From the sequence record NC_104726.1: a stretch of DNA of 64,000 nucleotides; one strand, 5' to 3'. Under the pieces are notes generated by a model. That model was not told the origin of the DNA, made no database searches, and was given only the letters and a program-made list of their open reading frames with translations. The translations under genes were made by a program, and so were the position numbers. The stretch is from a phage. Shown here piece by piece: positions 29,874-36,805 of this stretch (within the stretch, counting starts at the first letter, position 1; each line of letters begins with the position of its first letter).

Positions 29874-29919
29874 TTTAAAGGTTCCTTTTGTTTGTATATG
29901 TTTAAAGTATAACTGAAAG

Positions 29920-29996
29920 TGGTCTCCACGGAGTGATTCGAACACTCGACCTCCTGATCCCAAATCAGGCGCTCTACCAAGCTGAGCTACGCGGAG
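29920..29996 (-). tRNA. tRNA-Pro (anticodon UGG)
   Basis: manual fold: acceptor CTCCGCG/CGTGGAG, D arm GCTC..GAGC, anticodon loop TTTGGGA, T loop TTCGAAT, encoded CCA. Confidence 0.75.
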
Positions 29997-30007
29997 TATT
30001 TACTATT

Positions 30008-30082
30008 TGGTGGCCCTGGGTGGAATTGAACCACCGTCTGGCGATTATGAGTCGCTTGCTTGAACCTTCCAGCTACAGGGCC
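30008..30082 (-). tRNA. tRNA-Met (anticodon CAU; Met/Ile2 type undetermined)
   Basis: manual fold: acceptor GGCCCTG/CAGGGCC, anticodon loop CTCATAA, T arm GGTGG-TTCAATT-CCACC, encoded CCA. Confidence 0.7.
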
Positions 30083-30083
30083 T

Positions 30084-30159
30084 TGGTGCTGATGGCAGGA
30101 CTTTAACCTACAACCTATTGATTACAAATCAATTGCACTACCGATTTTGCTACATCAGC
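30084..30159 (-). tRNA. tRNA-Thr (anticodon UGU)
   Basis: manual fold: acceptor GCTGATG/CATCAGC, anticodon arm ATTGA-TTTGTAA-TCAAT, encoded CCA. Confidence 0.7.
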
Positions 30160-30164
30160 AAAAA

Positions 30165-30263
30165 GGTGCTAGGTGATGGAATCGAACCACCTATGTATTC
30201 AACGACTACCTCGTCTATTTTCAGGATTAAAAATCCTCGCCCTTGCCAAAGGGCTTACCTAGC
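30165..30263 (-). tRNA. atypical tRNA-Lys (anticodon UUU) with ~29-nt extra hairpin in variable region
   Basis: acceptor GCTAGGT/ACCTAGC, D arm GCCC-TTTGGCAA-GGGC, anticodon arm AGGA-TTTTTAA-TCCT, T arm GGTGG-TTCGATT-CCATC; 99 nt, extra segment AAAATAGACGAGGTAGTCGTTGAATACAT between anticodon and T arms. Confidence 0.5.
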
Positions 30264-30361
30264 TCAGTATGTTGACCATGTTGCTAGTCGGCGATGACGA
30301 CTGTAACATTTGATAATCCGGTTCTGCTTCCGACTTTCGCTTAATTACAAGGTCAACAATG

Positions 30362-30452
30362 TGGCGGAGAGTAATGGAATCGAACCATCATCGAGTCATC
30401 CTCAACGGGACGGTTTTCAAGACCGCTTGAGCACCATTGCTCCCTACCCTCC
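30362..30452 (-). tRNA. tRNA-Ser (anticodon UGA), type II
   Basis: acceptor GGAGGGT/ACTCTCC, anticodon arm GCGGT-CTTGAAA-ACCGT, long variable arm, encoded CCA. Confidence 0.7.
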
Positions 30453-30566
30453 TTTATAAATAATACTGATAATGACACTGATTTTCGAGCAGTTAGTGAC
30501 TAGTATAAACGACGATAAATATCAATGCCATTATCTGTATTATTTATGCATCTAAAAATATAAATT

Positions 30567-30653
30567 TGGTGGGGAGTGGTGGAGTCGAACCACCCGAGTC
30601 GCAATGACAATAGATTTACAGTCTACACCGCTACCTCTACGGGATAACTCCCC
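30567..30653 (-). tRNA. tRNA-Tyr (anticodon GUA), type II
   Basis: acceptor GGGGAGT/ACTCCCC, anticodon arm GTAGA-CTGTAAA-TCTAT, long variable arm, T arm GGTGG-TTCGACT-CCACC, encoded CCA. Confidence 0.65.
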
Positions 30654-30657
30654 AATT

Positions 30658-30732
30658 TGGCACCCCGTACTGGACTCGAACCAGTGTCAACGGCTTAGAA
30701 GGCCGCTGCTTTATCCACTAAGCTAACAGGGC
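30658..30732 (-). tRNA. tRNA-Arg (anticodon UCU)
   Basis: acceptor GCCCTGT/ACGGGGT (two G-U pairs), D arm GCTT..AAGC, anticodon arm GCGGC-CTTCTAA-GCCGT, encoded CCA. Confidence 0.65.
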
Positions 30733-30790
30733 ACTGGGTGGCTTTCTTTTACACCTTAGCCGCCAGAAAAGGTGGGAGACCATGTTTACA

Positions 30791-30819
30791 ATATTACACT
30801 GTTAAGCAAAGTTTGTCAA
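30791..30819 (-). promoter_or_regulatory. sigma70-like promoter upstream of tRNA cluster
   Basis: minus strand TTGACA-17 nt-TAATAT, ~60 nt upstream of tRNA-Arg 5' end. Confidence 0.5.
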
Positions 30820-30828
30820 GAAAATATT

Positions 30829-31167
30829 TTAACTATTGCCAACAGGCTGTATTTCTGTGGTGAATGGCATAAAAGGTGCTGGTTTTTCAGCCTCTTCTAC
30901 TACCACCTCTTCCTCTTCACCAAACATCTCATCATATTCTTCCTGCATTCGGTCTGCCTTATCAAGAACATACTCTGCAATGCTTTGACGAATATTTTGT
31001 TTGGTTTTCGGGTCCAACATCAGCTCTCTTAAAACTTTGTGAGCTTCTGGAACCATCGCTATAAAAGATTCCTTCATATCAAGGATGTTCTTCTCTAGCT
31101 GAATGGCGTTGGACTCCTCTTTCAGAGGTCTGCCTCTACGGCGACGCTTTTTAGTTGTATCCGCCAT
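30829..31167 (-). CDS. small DNA-binding protein with AT-hook-like motif (possible terminase small subunit or regulator)
   Basis: trimmed to Met at 31167 (GGAGGA RBS); KKRRRRGRPLKE motif; acidic C-terminus. Confidence 0.4.
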   Translation of the reverse strand: MADTTKKRRRRGRPLKEESNAIQLEKNILDMKESFIAMVPEAHKVLRELMLDPKTKQNIRQSIAEYVLDKADRMQEEYDEMFGEEEEVVVEEAEKPAPFMPFTTEIQPVGNS

Positions 31168-31511
31168 GTTTCCTCCATTATCACGTGATAGGTGGATTTT
31201 ATCATAGCAAATACTGATTGTCAAGTTCGCCGCAGGGTGGTATTCCCTGCGACTTGTCCAGCGTCCTGGACCAGCAAGACCCAACAAGTGGGTTACCAGA
31301 GCCCATTACCGCACTTTGGCTCGACCTTATTACAGGTTGGCTGGGGTCACATCGTCATGTGCTGGCTGCCCCTACCATTTTAAGTGTGGTACACTATCAA
31401 GCCCTCTAAGGGGAACTCAGCCTTCTCCGAACCCTGTTTCAAAGCATCCGGAGATAAAGCCATCAAATTCATCTTTAAATTGGATATTCATCATGATACA
31501 CGAAAACAACC

Positions 31512-31754
31512 TCATTGTAAAGCACAAATAAATAAAACATACTTAATTTGTTTGTTATCAGGCTCAGGGTAGAAGTAGAAGATCTTGCTATCACCGATCT
31601 GAACACCACCATCCCAACAGCATAGCCCATAACCCGTATTCATACAAGCTAAGTCGTTGGCAAAATCTATTGCATCATCCAGTGCACGAAATTCACCTTC
31701 ATCTTCTAAATAATCCTCATTCATGGAACGAAAAACGAGCTTAACCTTAAACAT
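31512..31754 (-). CDS. hypothetical protein
   Basis: 80-aa ORF. Confidence 0.3.
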   Translation of the reverse strand: MFKVKLVFRSMNEDYLEDEGEFRALDDAIDFANDLACMNTGYGLCCWDGGVQIGDSKIFYFYPEPDNKQIKYVLFICALQ

Positions 31755-31830
31755 AGCATTACCTGTAGACCTCGTAAGTTAAAATTGCATCACATCATAT
31801 TGCAGATCTTATCAGGTAACACTATTTTTG

Positions 31831-32040
31831 TCAACAGATTCCGGCCTTATACTTCCTGTCTGCGTATTCTTTAATCGCAACCTCATCTGCATTAGTGACC
31901 AGGTCTTCAAAGTAACCCTCAAGCTCCTCGTCAATGTCAGGAGACCAGCTCTTTTTCCTGTCAGTGTGAATTGCAGACTTGTTGAACTTATTACAGTTCT
32001 TTGCTACCGGGTTGTTCATTAAGCGCTCCTCAGCGTTCAT
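31831..32040 (-). CDS. hypothetical protein
   Basis: 69-aa ORF. Confidence 0.3.
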   Translation of the reverse strand: MNAEERLMNNPVAKNCNKFNKSAIHTDRKKSWSPDIDEELEGYFEDLVTNADEVAIKEYADRKYKAGIC

Positions 32041-32608
32041 AGTAAATCTTATTTAACATTACCTCATCCTTTGCAGAAAGGATATCAAGATATGCATCAC
32101 CAAATCTTCCTGCAACAACCTCTGCATGATACATCACTTCGTTAACATCGTCAAGAGTGATAACCGGATGACCATATCTTTCTGAATATTGTCTCAGGGT
32201 GCGATGTAACGAGTCGTCATCATATGCAGACTTTTTAATATCACAAACACGACGAATAGCCTTGATGTCGAAAAAACCTGTGCGATACCACCCAAGAAAA
32301 AGGTTTCGTGCAGTGTCAACATCTACATTGATACCATCAAGAACCTTATCTACAAGATAGCTGTCATCCTTTGGACCAGCGTCCTTAGTGCGAATGTAGT
32401 TGCCATCTTTTCCAGGCGACATCTCCTTCTCATCCCCAACCTGCATGCCATCATTTGGCGGTGTTAGCCACTTATCCGGATGCTTACGATCACGAGCGTT
32501 AGAATGATTACGCTGGAAACCGGGCTTCCACTTGAAAGTTTTCTCCATCTGTTCTTCATTCTGATAACGTTTTGCAATCTTTTCACGGTCATCTTTGCGT
32601 GAACCCAT
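32030..32608 (-). CDS. hypothetical protein
   Basis: 192-aa ORF with GAAGAGGAGG RBS; long non-coding leader upstream. Confidence 0.4.
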   Translation of the reverse strand: MGSRKDDREKIAKRYQNEEQMEKTFKWKPGFQRNHSNARDRKHPDKWLTPPNDGMQVGDEKEMSPGKDGNYIRTKDAGPKDDSYLVDKVLDGINVDVDTARNLFLGWYRTGFFDIKAIRRVCDIKKSAYDDDSLHRTLRQYSERYGHPVITLDDVNEVMYHAEVVAGRFGDAYLDILSAKDEVMLNKIYYER

Positions 32609-33000
32609 AGCTGCCTCCTCTTCAAGTTATAGAAAAACTCACTGTATCGCTTTGTAACGAGCTTTTCTATCAAACTGGTGCGATTGCATTACCTGGTATA
32701 GTTTATATAGTTGTGGAGCGATTTAGGGGCCTTCTTGTCAGTTTCCACACATAAACTTCATCCAAGCTCGCGCGGGAGACTCTCAACCGACTCCTTACGG
32801 CGCTGGCAAGCTTTCGTCGGTGGTCCACATCAGTGCTCGGCCTTTGGCCTGCGCTATCGCTTCGCTCCCACACATGTTAACAGACCTGCATGTATGAACT
32901 TCTGTTATTGTGTGCACCAAGGAGGCCCGGCATCTCGCCCCTCGTAGGCGAGTGCCAATGAAGGGCCGACACTGCCCATAGTAAGTAATAAATTTAAAAC

Positions 33001-33070
33001 ATGGTACTTAGGATCTAGTATATTCTACATAAGTTAAGTATATGTACTTAGTACCATAAGTACTAGATCT
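33001..33070. repeat. AT-rich ~70-bp imperfect palindrome
   Basis: nested inverted repeats ATGGTACT/AGTACCAT and GGATCTAGTA/TACTAGATCT. Confidence 0.5.
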
Positions 33071-33110
33071 TTTATTTTTTATTATTTAGTTATTTTAGTT
33101 ATATTCTTTA

Positions 33111-33194
33111 TGTGTCCGTATCACGGACAGTTAGTGTCCGTATTACGGGCAGATGTGTCCGCGTGACGGACAGTAGTGTCCGTATCACGGACAG
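33111..33194. promoter_or_regulatory. array of four tandem 21-22-bp units each containing a 17-bp palindrome (operator/iteron-like)
   Basis: TGTCCGTATCACGGACA (33113-33129), TGTCCGTATTACGGGCA, TGTCCGCGTGACGGACA, TGTCCGTATCACGGACA (33177-33193); centre spacing 22/21/21 bp. Confidence 0.6.
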
Positions 33195-33268
33195 TTAATA
33201 GTATCCGTTCCATGGCGAACATAAAACATACGAATCCTTATAGTACAGATATTTAAGTTTTTACTGGT

Positions 33269-33619
33269 CTAACCAGTTGTTGACATCCGAATAACTTCTT
33301 CTGGTGGCAAAACTTTGGAAAATGTGCATCTTTTACCTCTCCCTTGTGTGGATGTTTCAACCACTCCTGCACATTCTAAAGTTTTAACGCACGCTGCTGC
33401 TTTTGTTTTCTTTATCCCAACATCTGCTGCAATTTTCCTTGTGCTTGGTGTGAAGCGTGAATTTCCTCCAAGCTTATACCAGTTGTGCAGGTAGCAGTAT
33501 ACGATCTTGTCATACAAGTCAAGAACAACAACCTCCCCAGTTGTGTCATTCAAAACTTTTGACATAGATAGTATTTCAAGGGGGACTTTAAGATATAGCA
33601 GCTTATCCCCATCTTTCAT
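33269..33619 (-). CDS. putative HTH DNA-binding protein
   Basis: 116 aa; segment TPSTRKIAADVGIKKTKAAACVKTLECAGVVE resembles a helix-turn-helix; gene ends 75 bp from palindromic site array. Confidence 0.35.
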   Translation of the reverse strand: MKDGDKLLYLKVPLEILSMSKVLNDTTGEVVVLDLYDKIVYCYLHNWYKLGGNSRFTPSTRKIAADVGIKKTKAAACVKTLECAGVVETSTQGRGKRCTFSKVLPPEEVIRMSTTG

Positions 33620-33666
33620 ATCTCCTGATTCTCCTTGTGTGGCAATTTTCTTTAAAATAGCAGGGA

Positions 33667-34221
33667 TTACTCCCTGCTGTCAATATCAAAACTCATTGCA
33701 ATACGGTATGCCTCTTCTAATTGTAAGAGTCTCCCCCACACATCCCAACCGACATCAAGCTGCCTGCCAAACAACTGTTGTGTGGTTCCGTGAGCATGAC
33801 CGAACAGTTGGACTGATCCGTGAGGCTTTCTGTTCCACTTTGCAAACTGGTAATGGCTCATACAGATCAAATTCTTGTTGTGGCGAAGCTCGTAATAATC
33901 TACAACCTCATGACCGAACTCTTTCATAATTCTGACAGTCGTCCTTGTGTCATGGTTGCCACGAACAAGAATAATATGTCCGTTCAACATATTTAGAATA
34001 TCTGGAAGTAAGTTGTTGATATTCTTATCATTAGTGCACGCAATATCTCCCAAGTGGAACACAGTGTCTGCAGGTGACACAACAGAGTTCCACTCGGCGA
34101 TGATTCCCGCATTCATACTGTCAAGATTGTGATCATACTGAGATCTGTGTTTTTGACATGAATCAAACTCCATGACCCGCTGGTGGAGAAAGTGTGTGTC
34201 GCTTGTTACAAAGTATTTCAT
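33667..34221 (-). CDS. calcineurin-like metallophosphoesterase (Pnkp-type phosphatase candidate)
   Basis: ORF 33667..34326 trimmed to MKYFVTSDTHF; motifs DxH (SDTHF), GDIA, GNHD, GHAHG. Confidence 0.6.
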   Translation of the reverse strand: MKYFVTSDTHFLHQRVMEFDSCQKHRSQYDHNLDSMNAGIIAEWNSVVSPADTVFHLGDIACTNDKNINNLLPDILNMLNGHIILVRGNHDTRTTVRIMKEFGHEVVDYYELRHNKNLICMSHYQFAKWNRKPHGSVQLFGHAHGTTQQLFGRQLDVGWDVWGRLLQLEEAYRIAMSFDIDSRE

Positions 34222-34228
34222 ACATTCC

Positions 34229-34639
34229 TCATTTAAGTTTAATGCAGTTTTTAAGCTGGCGTTCCATACGATCCACAACCTTGTCTGGAACATCATGAAT
34301 GCTTTTATTACCGTGGCGGTTTTCAACCACGATCACGGTATAACTATACCCATGAGTGATTGCCATGTCAACATATTCCTGCACATGTTTTTCTTTTGTA
34401 AACGTATTACTTACCACGATACGGTCGTATCCCATACGCATCATATCTTCTACGTTATCTTTGCACCATTTTGCTGCGAGTGTTACTTTACTTGCATCCC
34501 AGTTGTAATTGCCGTCATCGTCATACCAGAACATGTCGTTCTCAAAATGTGGATACAGACCCTCTAAAGATAGCGCATTTGCCAGTGTTGATTTGCCAGA
34601 CCCTGGTAGACCACGCACGATATATAGCATTTTAGACAT
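34229..34639 (-). CDS. P-loop polynucleotide-kinase-like protein
   Basis: trimmed to MSKMLYIVRGLPGSGKST (GGAGGG RBS); Walker A close to T4 Pnk GCPGSGKST; small single-domain kinase. Confidence 0.55.
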   Translation of the reverse strand: MSKMLYIVRGLPGSGKSTLANALSLEGLYPHFENDMFWYDDDGNYNWDASKVTLAAKWCKDNVEDMMRMGYDRIVVSNTFTKEKHVQEYVDMAITHGYSYTVIVVENRHGNKSIHDVPDKVVDRMERQLKNCIKLK

Positions 34640-34667
34640 AGCGACCCTCCGTTTTAATTTCAACGGT

Positions 34668-34696
34668 AGTATACCTAACTGTTTTGTTAATTTCAA
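34668..34696 (-). promoter_or_regulatory. sigma70-like promoter for kinase/phosphoesterase genes
   Basis: minus strand TTGAAA-17 nt-TATACT; back-to-back with plus-strand TTGACA at 34700. Confidence 0.45.
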
Positions 34697-34699
34697 GTG

Positions 34700-34730
34700 T
34701 TGACACTAAGTTATTTGTGTGGCAGGATAG
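34700..34730 (+). promoter_or_regulatory. candidate promoter for RNA ligase gene (weak -10)
   Basis: TTGACA at 34700-34705; downstream GGATAGACT as imperfect -10. Confidence 0.3.
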
Positions 34731-34739
34731 ACTGACAAA

Positions 34740-35675
34740 ATGACAAATGAGGAACATATAATGAAGTATTTTAATGCAGACGACCTAGTTGACAAAGGTC
34801 TTGCAACCAGTAGGTATTACCCAGATCTCGGGTTAAAGATCTATAAATATGCTAGAAAAGTATTTTACAACAATTTATGGCATTTGTCCCCTCGTTTACT
34901 GGAGTGCCGAGGCATTGTTGTAGGTAATGAAGGAAATGTTGTGGCATGGCCCTTCACAAAAGTGTTTAACTTGGGAGAAAACTCCACCAACCTGCCTGAC
35001 AATAAGCTTGTGACTGCGGTAGAGAAAAAGAACGGATTCCTTGGTGTGGTATCATCTCATAAAGGTGACCTATTGTTCTCAACAACCGGGTCTCTTGATT
35101 CTCCATATTGTAACCTTGCAAAGGAAACCATCCAAGAGCAATGTGGTAATTTAGATCTTATCAAGAAGGTTATGGGCAATGAAAACATGACATTCATGTT
35201 TGAAATTTGTCACCCTTCAGATCCGCATATTGTTCAAGAAGACCATGGCGCATATTTGATAGGTTGCAGATATAATGATTCTGGAATAATGCTACCAGAA
35301 GCAGCTTTAGATGGGATTGCCAAATACCTTGGTGCAAAACGTCCTAACACTGTGCGTGAAATTCCGTTCAGCTATGCAAAAGAATTAGCTGCAGAAACAA
35401 GAGGTGAAGGGTATATGATTCGTAAGCCTTACTACCCTTATGATCTGCAGCTGAAGATCAAGTCTCCATACTATCTGGCACGGAAGGCAGTAATGAGGGG
35501 TAAAGCTTGGAAGATTTGGGATGATGATATCTTTAAACGTGTTGACGAAGAGTTTTACGGTATGGTAAAATTTATTCGTAGCAACTATACAGAAGATGTG
35601 TGGAATTGCTTATTAGAGCAGGAGCGTCGTGAGATACTGGACTACTATTTCCACAACGAGGACTATATGCAATGA
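34740..35675 (+). CDS. rnlA: RNA ligase 1 (T4 RnlA-like)
   Basis: 311 aa; LLECRGIVV and VFNLGEN match T4 Rnl1 ALECRGIMF / FFNLNEN; nucleotidyltransferase motif I KKNG; motif V LKIKS. Confidence 0.7.
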   Translation: MTNEEHIMKYFNADDLVDKGLATSRYYPDLGLKIYKYARKVFYNNLWHLSPRLLECRGIVVGNEGNVVAWPFTKVFNLGENSTNLPDNKLVTAVEKKNGFLGVVSSHKGDLLFSTTGSLDSPYCNLAKETIQEQCGNLDLIKKVMGNENMTFMFEICHPSDPHIVQEDHGAYLIGCRYNDSGIMLPEAALDGIAKYLGAKRPNTVREIPFSYAKELAAETRGEGYMIRKPYYPYDLQLKIKSPYYLARKAVMRGKAWKIWDDDIFKRVDEEFYGMVKFIRSNYTEDVWNCLLEQERREILDYYFHNEDYMQ

Positions 35676-36022
35676 AGAAGTGGATTGTGTGGCTTGATGA
35701 TTTTAGAGATCCGTCAGATTATGGACTCCCAGACGCTCTGTGGCTAAAGAATTCTTCTGAGTTTATGGATTTTCTTAATGATAAGAGAAAGCTCTACAGA
35801 CGCGTATCTGAGTGGTATTTTGACAATGATCTAGGTGAAGTGCTTGAAGGGTACGACTGCTTCTCTGCGCTAGAGGAGAAACTTGTATTCGGAAAGCCAC
35901 CACTTATTGACAACGTGATTATTTTCGTGCATACTTCTAATCCATCGGCAGCTCGTAAATTTATGCTTGCTGCTGACTCATTCAAGAAGTTTGGAATAGA
36001 GATTAAACAAAACATCTACTGA
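35672..36022 (+). CDS. hypothetical protein, receiver-like alpha/beta fold suspected
   Basis: 116 aa; N-terminal MKKWIVWLDDFRDP resembles beta1-DD of CheY-like receiver; translationally coupled (ATGA) to RNA ligase. Confidence 0.3.
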   Translation: MKKWIVWLDDFRDPSDYGLPDALWLKNSSEFMDFLNDKRKLYRRVSEWYFDNDLGEVLEGYDCFSALEEKLVFGKPPLIDNVIIFVHTSNPSAARKFMLAADSFKKFGIEIKQNIY

Positions 36023-36030
36023 GGACACTT

Positions 36031-36792
36031 ATGCGACGACTGATTATTATCTCCGGTGCTGGTTTGAGCGCTGAATCTGGTATTCCCACTTTCCGATCTG
36101 GTAGCACTGCAATGTGGGAGAATTTCAGCATCGATGAGGTGTGCAACATCCACACCTTTGCCAAGAATTACTATAAGGTGCATGACTTTTACAATGCACG
36201 TCGTGTAGCTCTGGGCAGTGTTGATCCTAACCTTGCACATCTTCGGATCGCTGAGTGGTATTCCCGCTGGTCTGGTCGTGTGATCAACCTTACCACCAAT
36301 GTAGATGATTTGCTGGAGCGTGCTGGTGTAAAACATGAAGATATTTTACATGTCCACGGGTATTTGCCTGAAATCACCTACGAAGATGCTGAAGGTAATG
36401 ATGTAATTAAAAATATCGGATACACGGAGGTAGATACAGGCAAGTATACCTGGGTTAAGCCCAATGTAGTGTTATTCGGTGAGGTTGCTCCTAAGTATAC
36501 AGACATGTATGACCTGTTGACATCTCTCACAAGCAATGATATGGTGATCCTAGTAGGTTGTTCTAACACAGTTATTAATTTTAACTGGGAATTGTTTCCT
36601 GCTACTTGTAAAGGCACAAAACTGCTGATTGTAAACAAGTATGACTCGCAGAGTGCAGATGGAAGTGGCATTTCACGTAGCGACCTTTATCAATATGAGG
36701 ATCGCGGGATCCCTGTATGGTTTAACGGTGCTGTTGACGCTTTCTCTGATAAAGCATTTATTGAAACTGTAGAAAACTTTATGGAACTTTAA
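36031..36792 (+). CDS. Sir2-family NAD-dependent enzyme (sirtuin-like, no zinc ribbon)
   Basis: 253 aa; GAGLSAESGIPTFRSG, TTNVDDLLERAG, catalytic HVHG, VLFGE; lacks CxxC...CxxC zinc-binding module. Confidence 0.7.
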   Translation: MRRLIIISGAGLSAESGIPTFRSGSTAMWENFSIDEVCNIHTFAKNYYKVHDFYNARRVALGSVDPNLAHLRIAEWYSRWSGRVINLTTNVDDLLERAGVKHEDILHVHGYLPEITYEDAEGNDVIKNIGYTEVDTGKYTWVKPNVVLFGEVAPKYTDMYDLLTSLTSNDMVILVGCSNTVINFNWELFPATCKGTKLLIVNKYDSQSADGSGISRSDLYQYEDRGIPVWFNGAVDAFSDKAFIETVENFMEL

Positions 36793-36805
36793 AAGGAGAC
36801 CTTTA

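Noticed and set aside
29604-29963. Full-length 119-aa ORF as given in ORF track
   Set aside because: Its 5' 90 nt overlap tRNA-Pro (29920-29996); an internal Met at 29873 with an AAGGAA RBS gives a non-overlapping gene
30193-30221. A plus-strand group I intron overlapping the tRNA cluster, suggested by the 11-mer TTCAACGACTA
   Set aside because: No partner S-like element or other intron helices on the plus strand nearby and no interrupted plus-strand gene; the exact 11-mer match remains unexplained and is noted under the tRNA-Lys finding
32711-32947. 78-aa plus-strand ORF in the GC-rich island
   Set aside because: Arg/Ser/Pro/Gly-rich translation typical of a GC-rich non-coding frame; wrong strand relative to all neighbouring genes; no RBS
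33111-33194. Four direct repeats as a CRISPR array
   Set aside because: Units are contiguous 21-22-bp palindromic sites with no unique spacers and no cas genes; operator/iteron arrangement fits better
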